Origin: an uncultured Candidatus Micrarchaeota archaeon
GTDB lineage: Archaea; Micrarchaeota; Micrarchaeia; Anstonellales; J096
DNA: 64,000 nt
Direction: 5' to 3'
Assembly: GCA_938083015.1 (NCBI GenBank)
Contig: CALKCX010000003.1
Span: 14,793 to 78,792, forward strand
The notes below the pieces were generated by a model. It was not told where the DNA came from, did no database searches, and was given only the letters and a program-made list of their open reading frames with translations. Made by a program: the position numbers and the translations under genes. Shown piece after piece: positions 29,625-38,253 of this stretch; the stretch's first letter is position 1, and each line of letters opens with the position of its first letter.

Positions 29625-30106
29625 CTTTCTATCACGATATTCAATACACCGTTTCTAATATCCTTACTGATAATTTTTCCATTCTTAAAATCAGAATTTA
29701 AAGGTACTCTTATATTCATTCCATCTCCTGTTATTACAAGTTTACCATCTTCTATCTTTACATCAACGTTTTTTGAATTATTCTCTAATAATACGGCTAT
29801 CTTTAATTTATCTCCTTCTCTACTTACATCAAACATAGGTAGATTTGCCTGTTCTTCTCTATCAAAATCGCTTTCTTCTTTAACTCGCTCTACAATTTTA
29901 ACAGGTTCAATACCAAACATCCTAAGCATTTCCATCTGCATCTGATGAATCTTTCTAAACATGTTTTCAAATTCTTTTTCAAATACTTCAGTATTATTAT
30001 CAAAATCATCTATATACTCTATTCTAGGAGGTTTATCTCCTTCTTTTATAATTCTAAAACCAAATCTTCTAATCTTGAATTTTTTCTCATCGTCCATGTT
30101 AATCAC
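29621..30106 (-). CDS. Small Hsp20/alpha-crystallin-like protein, translationally coupled (ATGA overlap) to the secretion ATPase.
   Basis: 161 aa. The C-terminal half PMFDVSREGDKLKIAVLL...VKIEDGKLVITGD...SKDIRNGVLNIVIER resembles the alpha-crystallin domain. The annotated start is a GTG. An in-frame ATG lies 3 codons downstream. Confidence 0.4.
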   Translation of the reverse strand: MINMDDEKKFKIRRFGFRIIKEGDKPPRIEYIDDFDNNTEVFEKEFENMFRKIHQMQMEMLRMFGIEPVKIVERVKEESDFDREEQANLPMFDVSREGDKLKIAVLLENNSKNVDVKIEDGKLVITGDGMNIRVPLNSDFKNGKIISKDIRNGVLNIVIER

Positions 30107-30107
30107 C

Positions 30108-30118
30108 TAAATATATAA
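30108..30118 (+). promoter_or_regulatory. Putative TATA box (aaatatataag) for the fibrillarin gene, in the 13-bp divergent spacer.
   Basis: A/T-rich element about 25-45 nt upstream of the probable fibrillarin start ATG at 30159. Confidence 0.35.
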
Positions 30119-30158
30119 GATGTTTTTGATTTTTAAACTTATCACAGAAAGTTTAGAT

Positions 30159-30779
30159 ATGATAATTAGAGAAAATAAAATATATACGAAAAATCTAGTG
30201 CCAGGAAGTAATGTATACGGGGAAAGATTGATAAAAATAGATGGTATAGAATACAGAGAATGGGATCCATATAGAAGTAAATTAGCAGCTGCAATACTTA
30301 AAGGTCTAAAAAATTTTAAATTTAAAAATAACTCGTCAGTATTGTATTTAGGAGCATCTACAGGTACGACTATTTCACATATTTCAGATATATGTTATGA
30401 AGCAGAGATATACGCTGTTGAAATATCTAAGAGAAGCATGCTTCAATTAGTCGAGCTTGCCAAGGTAAGAAAAAACATAATACCTATACTAGCAGATGCT
30501 AATCATCCTATGGACTATCAAGATATTGGCAAAATAGATATATTATATCAAGATATAGCTCAACCTAATCAAATAGAAATTTTCGATAAAAATGTTAACA
30601 TGTTTAAACCTACGTATGCATATCTATGTTTAAAAACTCAAAGCATAGATGTATCTGTCTCCCCGTCTAAGATTTTAGAGAGAGAATTACTTAAAATACC
30701 ATACAGGCCTATTGAAATTATAGATTTAAATCCATATGATAAGCACCATTACTTCTTAGTTTTTCACTTCTATCAATAG
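30159..30779 (+). CDS. flpA: Fibrillarin, the C/D box sRNP 2'-O-methyltransferase. The track ORF begins at 30120; the likely start is MIIRENK at 30159.
   Basis: VYGERLIKIDGIEYREWDPYRSKLAAAIL. The SAM-binding motif VLYLGASTGTTISHISDI. NIIPILADANHP and DILYQDIAQPNQ. These are classic fibrillarin blocks. Confidence 0.9.
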   Translation: MIIRENKIYTKNLVPGSNVYGERLIKIDGIEYREWDPYRSKLAAAILKGLKNFKFKNNSSVLYLGASTGTTISHISDICYEAEIYAVEISKRSMLQLVELAKVRKNIIPILADANHPMDYQDIGKIDILYQDIAQPNQIEIFDKNVNMFKPTYAYLCLKTQSIDVSVSPSKILERELLKIPYRPIEIIDLNPYDKHHYFLVFHFYQ

Positions 30780-31850
30780 ATATTGATCTTTACTAAGTTG
30801 ATCTATTAAAGATATGAATTTTGAACCACCTAAATGCCTTATAAACCTTTTGTCTACTTTTTTACCTTTTGTCCAATATATGAACAAATCGTCACATTCC
30901 ATATATTCTAATATCTTTTTATTATCAAAATCTTCAACATCAGTATTTTTAAACGTATATTTGTTTAATCTTCTATACCAAAGATCTCTTGCTAGATCTC
31001 TAATTTTTTTATATTTATTTTGATCTAAATTTAATAATTTCCAAAGTATAGCTTCATCACCAGCATCTACTAAATCTTGAAATGTAATTACATCGTATTC
31101 TAAAGCCATGTATAACAATTTTCTAAGTATAGCAGCAGCTTTGATAATCGTATTATGATGGTAAACATTGTTAAACATCATGTATCTAGCTATTAATATA
31201 GATTCGATTGTTCTTTTATTTTTACTCGATCCATTTTCTATATCAAGCTCTATATTGCCACCAGTTTTATATTTAATTAAATCTAAAACATACTCATCAA
31301 TTATCCCATAAGTAGTTCCTGTATAGTAAGCATCTCTTACTAGATAATCTAATCTATCAAAACCAATTTCATCCGATATTATATTATAATTTTTTATCGA
31401 ATAATCATCTAAATCCAGTTCAGAGCTAATTATACTTATTAATTTTTCTCCAAACTTTTCATGTGTATATTCTTCATTTATTGTAATACTTGTGTTTTCA
31501 TAATTATATGTTAATTTATTATTCATTATTGATAATACTGCCTCAGAGTCATGAGAGAAAGATATATGACCAATATCGTGTAATAATGCATACATTTTAA
31601 CAGATTCTATCTCTTTTAAGTCAATATCATTTTTAAATGATCTTGTAAACATTCTAAAAAATTTATCTGTTAACCCATATACACCTATAGAATGTTGATA
31701 TCTTGTATGGGTAGCACCAGGATAAACTAAATGAGCTAATGAAAGTTGCTTGATATATTTTAATCTAATAAATAAAGGATGTTGTACAATATCTTGAAAC
31801 TTCCCTTCAAGATGTATTAAACCGTGTATAGGATCTTTGATAGTAACCAT
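30756..31850 (-). CDS. HD-domain phosphohydrolase, COG1078 / dNTP triphosphohydrolase-like.
   Basis: DPIHGLIHL...THTRYQHSIGVYGL...LLHDIGHISFSHDSE is the HD motif H...HD...D of the dGTPase/SAMHD1-like family. Confidence 0.8.
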   Translation of the reverse strand: MVTIKDPIHGLIHLEGKFQDIVQHPLFIRLKYIKQLSLAHLVYPGATHTRYQHSIGVYGLTDKFFRMFTRSFKNDIDLKEIESVKMYALLHDIGHISFSHDSEAVLSIMNNKLTYNYENTSITINEEYTHEKFGEKLISIISSELDLDDYSIKNYNIISDEIGFDRLDYLVRDAYYTGTTYGIIDEYVLDLIKYKTGGNIELDIENGSSKNKRTIESILIARYMMFNNVYHHNTIIKAAAILRKLLYMALEYDVITFQDLVDAGDEAILWKLLNLDQNKYKKIRDLARDLWYRRLNKYTFKNTDVEDFDNKKILEYMECDDLFIYWTKGKKVDKRFIRHLGGSKFISLIDQLSKDQYLLIEVKN

Positions 31851-31851
31851 C

Positions 31852-32577
31852 TTATACTACTCTTCTATAGGTATCTGTTGAATCCTCAACACATTCTCCT
31901 GCTTCTGCAAGAATTACCAAAATTATTTTTACCATCTGAGACGGAAGTCCGGTTTTTTCAGCTATTTTATCTATATGAGTAGGTATTTTAATACTTCTCA
32001 ATACTTTATCTTTATTCTTATCAAACAATTCTCTTTTTATTACATAGAATTTCGAATCTACCGGATTGTTAAATACTATAAATTGATCAATATCTTCTCT
32101 ATTTTTAAACATCTCTATATCTTCAATTTCCAATATTCCATATTCTAATTCGTTTATCATCTTTATGTAAGACATCAACTTAGTCATTTCATATACTTCT
32201 TTTGGTAAGCTTATCTTACCATCAGAGTTTACCATAACATATTTTGAATCTATTAGATCTTTCAATATGAGCATCTCTTCTTTACTAAGACTATCCTTTA
32301 ACTTATCTATACTTCTATCTTTATAGTATATCATAGAGATTTTCCATAGTAAAGCTCTTTTATCTTTATCTATACTGTTTAGTTTTTTCATCAATCTCTT
32401 AATTTTTGGATCAGATATATCTATTTTGGATTTTTCCTCTTTAATTTCATAAGTCTCTTCAACTTCATAATCCGATTTATCTTGTTTTACTAAAAGCACC
32501 AGATTTTGATTGATTTGATAGACCTGATAACCATAGTTTCTAAGCACGTCAAACGCCTTTCTTAATTCTTCTTTCAT
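31852..32577 (-). CDS. Hypothetical protein with a C-terminal winged-helix-like segment. It sits immediately downstream of the HD-domain gene.
   Basis: 241 aa, Lys/Glu-rich. The C-terminus IDKIAEKTGLPSQMVKIILVILAEAGECVE resembles an HTH. No other motif found. Confidence 0.3.
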   Translation of the reverse strand: MKEELRKAFDVLRNYGYQVYQINQNLVLLVKQDKSDYEVEETYEIKEEKSKIDISDPKIKRLMKKLNSIDKDKRALLWKISMIYYKDRSIDKLKDSLSKEEMLILKDLIDSKYVMVNSDGKISLPKEVYEMTKLMSYIKMINELEYGILEIEDIEMFKNREDIDQFIVFNNPVDSKFYVIKRELFDKNKDKVLRSIKIPTHIDKIAEKTGLPSQMVKIILVILAEAGECVEDSTDTYRRVV

Positions 32578-32629
32578 ACTTTTATTATTAAACTAAGCTT
32601 TTTAAAAATTCTAGCTTTATATATTAGCT

Positions 32630-32688
32630 ATATGATGAACACTGGATATGCTGAGCATAAGCTATGACGAGAAATTTGAGTGCTGATT
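32630..32688 (+). ncRNA. C/D box small RNA (guide for 2'-O-methylation).
   Basis: aTGATGA (C box, 32632-32638), then a 12-nt guide ACACTGGATATG, then CTGA (D', 32651-32654). Next a 10-nt spacer, TGACGA (C', 32665-32670), a 12-nt guide GAAATTTGAGTG, and CTGA (D, 32683-32686). The spacing is the canonical archaeal 12-nt form. It lies in a 109-nt intergenic gap, antisense to both flanking genes, with an A/T-rich TATA-like element about 25 nt upstream. Confidence 0.65.
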
Positions 32689-33811
32689 ACTCAATTTGCT
32701 CTTGATCTATTATTTTTGCACCTTCTCCTACCCCCGATATAATGTATTTATGGCCCATGTTTTCTACAAGATCTAATACTTTGTCTAAGTATTTATCTGT
32801 AGTAAATATCAAAGGATTAGGACCTGCATCAAAAGAATAAGCAGCTATGTTTTCTTTAAATTTACTATTCAATTCCAGTATTGAATCTGCAATAGAATGA
32901 CTTACATCGTTCATATATACTATTTTTGGATAACTATTCAACATAATACTATGTAATCCATCTGAAGCTCTTATTACGATTTCCCATACATTATTATAAT
33001 CTCTGACTTTAATTCTATCTATTAATCTTGGTAATAACACATTTTCCTCGTATTCTACCCAATACCAATATAAATACGATGTTTCTACACTTCTCTTCAT
33101 TCCAGTTCTACTATCTATGGGCTTTTCATCTACTTTGACTAGAGGTAATACTATTTTAATATCTTTTAATTCAGATGCAGGTATAATTGATTCGGCATAG
33201 CTAGAATTTTCATCTATGTTTTTATTCATAAATTGCTCAATAGTAAAACCCCTATACCATATTACCAGACCACCTGCTTTAGGTATTGATCTACATGCAG
33301 ATCCTGAGAGTTGTCTGGCCAATATAGTTAATTTTCTTTCCCCCATTTCTCCAAGATTATCTAAATCCTGTTTAATCTCAGGTACAGTATTAGCAATAGC
33401 AACAGCTAAAGCAGAGAAACCTGATGCAGAAGAAGCAAGTCCTGCAGCAGTCGGAAAATTATTTTTAGATTCTATGTAATATGTATAATTCAATACCGAT
33501 GGATAAAAATTAGATATTTTCTCTAAATATATGAGAATGTTTTTATACTCTTTTGAATCCTCTTTAAAGGTCTTTCCATTTAGTATAAATCTTTCTATTA
33601 AAGGTTGATTAGGTTCTCGCTTATCTATTGATAGATTTGTAATCGTTATAAGACTATCTGTAGTAAGTGATATAGAAGATTTTGTTGGATGATTTCTTAA
33701 ACCAAAGATGTTATCTGGAAGTACTCCCCAGTATTTTATCAAAGCTAGATTAGAAGACGATTTAACAAATACCTTTTTCATATTCTTTTGATAGATTTTT
33801 AAATTAAACAT
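32687..33811 (-). CDS. GHMP-kinase-family mevalonate-pathway decarboxylase (diphosphomevalonate / phosphomevalonate decarboxylase family).
   Basis: The N-terminal ALIKYWG matches the MVD signature (NIAVIKYWGKRD). GHMP ATP-binding Gly/Ser-rich loop PTAAGLASSASGFSALA. The true start is probably the internal Met (MKKVFVK), because the annotated ATG overlaps the tRNA-Tyr 3' end. Confidence 0.7.
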   Translation of the reverse strand: MFNLKIYQKNMKKVFVKSSSNLALIKYWGVLPDNIFGLRNHPTKSSISLTTDSLITITNLSIDKREPNQPLIERFILNGKTFKEDSKEYKNILIYLEKISNFYPSVLNYTYYIESKNNFPTAAGLASSASGFSALAVAIANTVPEIKQDLDNLGEMGERKLTILARQLSGSACRSIPKAGGLVIWYRGFTIEQFMNKNIDENSSYAESIIPASELKDIKIVLPLVKVDEKPIDSRTGMKRSVETSYLYWYWVEYEENVLLPRLIDRIKVRDYNNVWEIVIRASDGLHSIMLNSYPKIVYMNDVSHSIADSILELNSKFKENIAAYSFDAGPNPLIFTTDKYLDKVLDLVENMGHKYIISGVGEGAKIIDQEQIE

Positions 33812-33898
33812 CCCGTCGGAGGGATTTGAACCCCCAACCTCCCGGTATCAACGAATTGCTCACTACAGCCGGGCGCTCTACCGTTGAGCTACGACGGG
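33811..33898 (-). tRNA. tRNA-Tyr (anticodon GUA) with a 16-nt intron at the canonical 37/38 position.
   Basis: Reverse complement: acceptor stem CCCGTCG/CGACGGG plus discriminator A, D-arm TAGCTCAACGGTAGAGC, anticodon stem CCCGG/CCGGG. The loop CTGTAG followed by TGAGCAATTCGTTGAT then A is a 7-nt loop plus a 16-nt insert. T-arm GGGGGTTCAAATCCCTC. Confidence 0.7.
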
Positions 33899-33955
33899 TA
33901 TAACAATGTTTTATTCTAAAATAACATTTAAAAGCTTTATCTTAAACTATAAAGC

Positions 33956-35038
33956 ATGATCCAAGAATTTTTATACTTAATCAAAATGGAGATATTTGGA
34001 AATACTGTTGAACAATATTTATTGTCTTTAATTTTATTAACTGTACTTACAACATTATTTAGACTATTCAAAGAGGTAATATTAAAATATTTAAAACAAT
34101 TAGCTGATAAATCTCAGACAAAATACGATAATTACCTTATAGAAGCGATATCAGAGTTAAAATGGCCTTTCTATATAATTGTTTCATTTTACATATCTAT
34201 AATGTTTCTAAATTTGCCCAAGTCTATATATACATTAATTCATATTCTAACAGTAGCTATAATCGCTTATTATACATCTAAAGCTTTAGTGAAATTCATA
34301 GAATTATTTGTAAAAGATCTAAATAATCGCTTAAATCAAGAAGATAGAATAGATGACAATGTTATAGATCTTGCCTTAGGTATTGTAAGAATAGCAATAA
34401 TAATAATAGTTATAATAACAGCTCTTACTAATCTTGGAATAGATACTACGGCATTGATAACTGGATTAGGTATTGGGGGATTAGCAGTAGCATTTGCATT
34501 ACAAAGAATAATGGAAGATGTGTTTGCCTTCTTCATGATACATATAGATAAACCTATAAAGAAAGGTGAGTTTATAGCAGTTGGTAATTATGCTGGAACT
34601 GTAGAAAAAATAGGATTGAAATCTACTAGAATAAGATCTAGATCTGGAGAGGAAATAATAGTATCGAATAAAGATTTGTTAAATTCTTGGATTAACAATT
34701 ATGGTAGAGTAATAGAAAGACGATATTTACTTCGATTAAATATAGTTTATAATACACCAGTAGATAAGTTAGAGAAAATACCTGAGATAATAAAAGAAGA
34801 AATAAAAAATGCGGCCGAAGATGCTAAAATATATAGGGTACATTTTATAGGTTATGGTGATTCTTCTCTAATTTTTGAAGCTTATATAGGTATAACTAGA
34901 ATGGATTATGTCGAATACTTAGATGTCGTTCAAAAGATAAATTTAAACATAAAGAGAAGATTTGATCGAGAAGCTATAGAATTTGCATTCCCTAGTCAGT
35001 CAATATATATTGAAAAATTCTCTAAAGATAAATTTTAA
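33956..35038 (+). CDS. Small-conductance mechanosensitive channel (MscS family).
   Basis: Three N-terminal TM helices, then the conserved MscS beta-domain GEFIAVGNYAGTVEKIGLKSTRIRSRSGEEIIVSNKDLLNSWINNYG. Confidence 0.8.
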   Translation: MIQEFLYLIKMEIFGNTVEQYLLSLILLTVLTTLFRLFKEVILKYLKQLADKSQTKYDNYLIEAISELKWPFYIIVSFYISIMFLNLPKSIYTLIHILTVAIIAYYTSKALVKFIELFVKDLNNRLNQEDRIDDNVIDLALGIVRIAIIIIVIITALTNLGIDTTALITGLGIGGLAVAFALQRIMEDVFAFFMIHIDKPIKKGEFIAVGNYAGTVEKIGLKSTRIRSRSGEEIIVSNKDLLNSWINNYGRVIERRYLLRLNIVYNTPVDKLEKIPEIIKEEIKNAAEDAKIYRVHFIGYGDSSLIFEAYIGITRMDYVEYLDVVQKINLNIKRRFDREAIEFAFPSQSIYIEKFSKDKF

Positions 35039-35043
35039 AAATT
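35033..35043 (+). promoter_or_regulatory. Putative TATA box (ttttaaaaatt) of the solitary 5S rRNA gene. It overlaps the MscS stop codon.
   Basis: Centred about 26 nt upstream of the inferred 5S 5' end at about 35063. Confidence 0.4.
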
Positions 35044-35061
35044 AACTTATATATAAAATAA

Positions 35062-35177
<116 letters not shown>

Positions 35178-35189
35178 TTAAATATTTCC

Positions 35190-35200
35190 GATTTTTTAAT
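35190..35200 (+). terminator. T-tract (gaTTTTTTaat). Probable archaeal intrinsic terminator of the 5S rRNA.
   Basis: Oligo-T run 13-20 nt downstream of the 5S 3' end. Confidence 0.4.
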
Positions 35201-35206
35201 AATTAC

Positions 35207-36424
35207 ATGTTAGGTACTTCTGGAATAAGGGGAAAGTATGGAGAGAAGATAACACCGTCTTTAATATACAATGTTTCAAATAAATTCGCACAAGGAAAGA
35301 ATATTGTATATATAGGTAAAGATATAAGAGATAGCTCTGATGCTTTATATTATGCTGCTATATCTGGTGCTTTATCGGCCGGTAGTAGAGTTTACGGCAT
35401 AGGTACAGTTGCCACAGGTATATTAGGATTTGCAGGTACAGGTATGATGATAACAGCTTCTCATAATCCAGAATATGATAATGGTATTAAATTCTTCATA
35501 GATAATATTGAACTTACTAAAGAACAAGGAGAATTTTTAAATTTAGAAATTGATGAAAAACATAGCGGTCTATACATAGATTATCAAGAGAGATTATTTG
35601 ATAAATATATGAAAAATCTAGATGTTTTTGATTTTGATTTTACTTTAGAACCAATAGATTTAAATTCATCTGCTTATACATTTTTCAATTATTATATTTC
35701 TCAAACTAGAATAAGATTAAAATTGATAGACAATACACCTTATTTTCTTAGAAATAGTGAACCTATACAAGAGAATGTAAAAATAGATAGAGGATTTATG
35801 TTAGATGGAGATGGAGATAGGGTTGTATTAATTAGAGAGAAAAAAATAATAGACGGTGATAGGATGTTTGCAGCTTTGGCCAAGTATATGCACGAAACTA
35901 GAGGAACAGATGTATTAGTAGTTACAGTAGAATGTCCAATAGCAATAAAGAATTATTTAAGTAATTTTTACAATAAGATAATCGTAACTAAAGTCGGATC
36001 TAATTATATAGCACAGAATTTAAAAAATTATAAAAATGTAGGTTTTGGGGGAGAACCAAATGGCCATTATATCATTCCTTCGTTTAATCTTACCAGTGAC
36101 GGAATAGCTGGTATGGCATTAATTACAGAATTTCTAAAAACACATCAAAGCTTACCAGAGATAAATTATAGAATAATACGAAAGAAATTCAATGTTAATA
36201 ATAAAAACAAAGTAATAGAAGGATTAAAAGAGAGTATTTCGAATTATGAAGATATTGACGGTATACTTATAGAAGATGAAAACTCAAAAGTATTGATAAG
36301 GGCAAGTGGGACAGAATCTTTGATAAGATTGACCATAGAAGGCCCAGAAGGTAAGATAAATGAATTAATTCAAAAATATGAGTCTTTAGTATTAGAAAAT
36401 ATTAAAAAACATGACAATCTATAA
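35207..36424 (+). CDS. Phosphoglucomutase/phosphomannomutase-family phosphohexose mutase (GlmM/PMM-like). The track ORF starts at 35150 inside the 5S rRNA; the likely start is MLGTSGIRG at 35207.
   Basis: The N-terminal GTSGIRG motif and the active-site Ser loop ITASHNPEYDNGIKF. The Mg-binding block DGDGDRV is also present. Confidence 0.8.
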   Translation: MLGTSGIRGKYGEKITPSLIYNVSNKFAQGKNIVYIGKDIRDSSDALYYAAISGALSAGSRVYGIGTVATGILGFAGTGMMITASHNPEYDNGIKFFIDNIELTKEQGEFLNLEIDEKHSGLYIDYQERLFDKYMKNLDVFDFDFTLEPIDLNSSAYTFFNYYISQTRIRLKLIDNTPYFLRNSEPIQENVKIDRGFMLDGDGDRVVLIREKKIIDGDRMFAALAKYMHETRGTDVLVVTVECPIAIKNYLSNFYNKIIVTKVGSNYIAQNLKNYKNVGFGGEPNGHYIIPSFNLTSDGIAGMALITEFLKTHQSLPEINYRIIRKKFNVNNKNKVIEGLKESISNYEDIDGILIEDENSKVLIRASGTESLIRLTIEGPEGKINELIQKYESLVLENIKKHDNL

Positions 36425-36429
36425 AACTT

Positions 36430-38253
36430 ATGAGATTGTTGCTTTTACACGCTAAAGACGTAGTTGTAGAAACTAGAGAAAAAGCAATTGATATACACGA
36501 TGAACCTAATAATATAGAATTGGATCAAGCATTGGTAGTATTTGTAAGCATAGAAAGAGGAGATACTGATGTTTATTTAGAAAAAGCTTCAGATGATATA
36601 ATAGAACATAAAAACAGGGTAAATGTTGATAAAATTGTAATTTATCCATATGTGCACTTAACCAATGATCCTGAAAGTCCAATTAGAGCAAGAGAGATGA
36701 CTCATAGATTAGCTGATATATTACAGAAAAAAGGAATAGCTGTATATAAAGCTCCTTTTGGATGGTATAAATCGTTTAAAATACACGTCTATGGACACCC
36801 ATTGTCAGAACTTAGTAAAACTTATAGAAAAGATACCGAATATATATCTGAATCTTTGAAAAAAGAAAGTGAAGTAAAATCTAGGTTTGTAATACTTTGG
36901 AATGATAAAATATATAATATAGATGAATTTGACTATGCAAATTATCCTAATCTTAAGAAATTGGTAGAATATGAAACTAGAAAAGTAAGAGCATACGAAT
37001 CAGAACCAGTACATATAGATTTGATGAGAAGGTTAAAACTAGCTAGTAATGAACCTGCAAGTGATGCCGGCAATATTAGATATTATCCAAGAGGTAGAAT
37101 GATAAAGAAGATATTGGAAAGAATGGTTAGCGAATATTGTTTAAAATACGGAGCTAATGAAGTAGAGACACCTATTATGTATGATTACAACCATCCAAGT
37201 CTTGAAAAATATTTAAATAGATTTCCAGCTAGACAATATACAGTATTATCAGATCAGAAGAGATACTTTTTAAGATTCGCTGCATGCTTTGGTCAATTTC
37301 TAATCGCCCATGATAGTTATATAAGTTATAGACAGTTACCTATGAAATTATACGAATTAACAAGATACTCTTTTAGAAGAGAGCAAAGTGGAGAAGTTTC
37401 TGGTCTAAAGAGATTAAGGGCATTCACAATGCCAGATATGCATACGTTTACAGCAAATATGGAAATGGCCAAACAAGAATTTATAGAACAACTTAAATTA
37501 TCTAAAAACTTGATGGAAGAATTAGAATTGTTTGACAATATTGAAATAGCATTTAGAGCTCAAGAGGATTTCTTCAATGATAACAGAGATTTCTACAGAG
37601 ATATACAGAAAATAATAGATAATCGCCCTATTTTATTAGAATTATTTGATCAAAGATACGCTTATTTTATAACTAAATTTGAATTTAACTTTATAGATAG
37701 TAAAGATAAAGCAGCAGCTTTATCAACAGTACAAATCGATATAGAAAATGCAGATACTTATGATATAAAGTATATTGATAAAGACGGCAATAGTAAAAGA
37801 CCAATAATATTGCATGCAAGTCTATCTGGAGCTATAGAAAGAGTAATATTTGCCATATTAGAGAAAGAGGGAATGAAGATAGAGAAAGGTAATAAAGGTA
37901 GATTTCCATTCTTTCTTGCACCAATACAAGTAAGAGTAATTCCTATTAGTAAAGATTATTTAAAACAAGCTATAGATGTTTATGAAAAGCTTTCATTAAT
38001 AGTTAGAACAGATATAGACGATAGAGACGATACATTATCGAATAAAATTAGAGAAGCAAACATGGAATGGATTCCATATATTGTAGTAATTGGAAAAAAT
38101 GAAGTAGAATCTGGTAATATTAGTATTACGGATAGAGATGGTAAAAAAATGGAATTAACAATAGAGAAGTTTATAGAAATGTTAAAGTCTAATATAAAAT
38201 ACCAGGAAATGTTAAATATGGAACCTATGTTAAGTAAGAGGGGAGGTATATGA
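36430..38253 (+). CDS. thrS: Threonyl-tRNA synthetase: single-chain archaeal type with an N-terminal DTD-like editing domain plus catalytic and anticodon-binding domains.
   Basis: The N-terminus MRLLLLHAKDVVVETREKAIDIHDEP resembles the archaeal ThrRS editing domain. Class II motif 2 region FRREQSGEVSGLKRLRAFTMPDMH. Motif 3 LHASLSGAIERVIFAILE. C-terminal anticodon-binding domain. Confidence 0.85.
   Translation: MRLLLLHAKDVVVETREKAIDIHDEPNNIELDQALVVFVSIERGDTDVYLEKASDDIIEHKNRVNVDKIVIYPYVHLTNDPESPIRAREMTHRLADILQKKGIAVYKAPFGWYKSFKIHVYGHPLSELSKTYRKDTEYISESLKKESEVKSRFVILWNDKIYNIDEFDYANYPNLKKLVEYETRKVRAYESEPVHIDLMRRLKLASNEPASDAGNIRYYPRGRMIKKILERMVSEYCLKYGANEVETPIMYDYNHPSLEKYLNRFPARQYTVLSDQKRYFLRFAACFGQFLIAHDSYISYRQLPMKLYELTRYSFRREQSGEVSGLKRLRAFTMPDMHTFTANMEMAKQEFIEQLKLSKNLMEELELFDNIEIAFRAQEDFFNDNRDFYRDIQKIIDNRPILLELFDQRYAYFITKFEFNFIDSKDKAAALSTVQIDIENADTYDIKYIDKDGNSKRPIILHASLSGAIERVIFAILEKEGMKIEKGNKGRFPFFLAPIQVRVIPISKDYLKQAIDVYEKLSLIVRTDIDDRDDTLSNKIREANMEWIPYIVVIGKNEVESGNISITDRDGKKMELTIEKFIEMLKSNIKYQEMLNMEPMLSKRGGI

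Noticed and set aside
30104-30106. GTG used as the start of the Hsp20-like ORF in the six-frame track.
   Set aside because: An in-frame ATG lies three codons downstream (MDDEKKF...). The ORF is kept, but the GTG start is probably an artefact of the longest-ORF convention.
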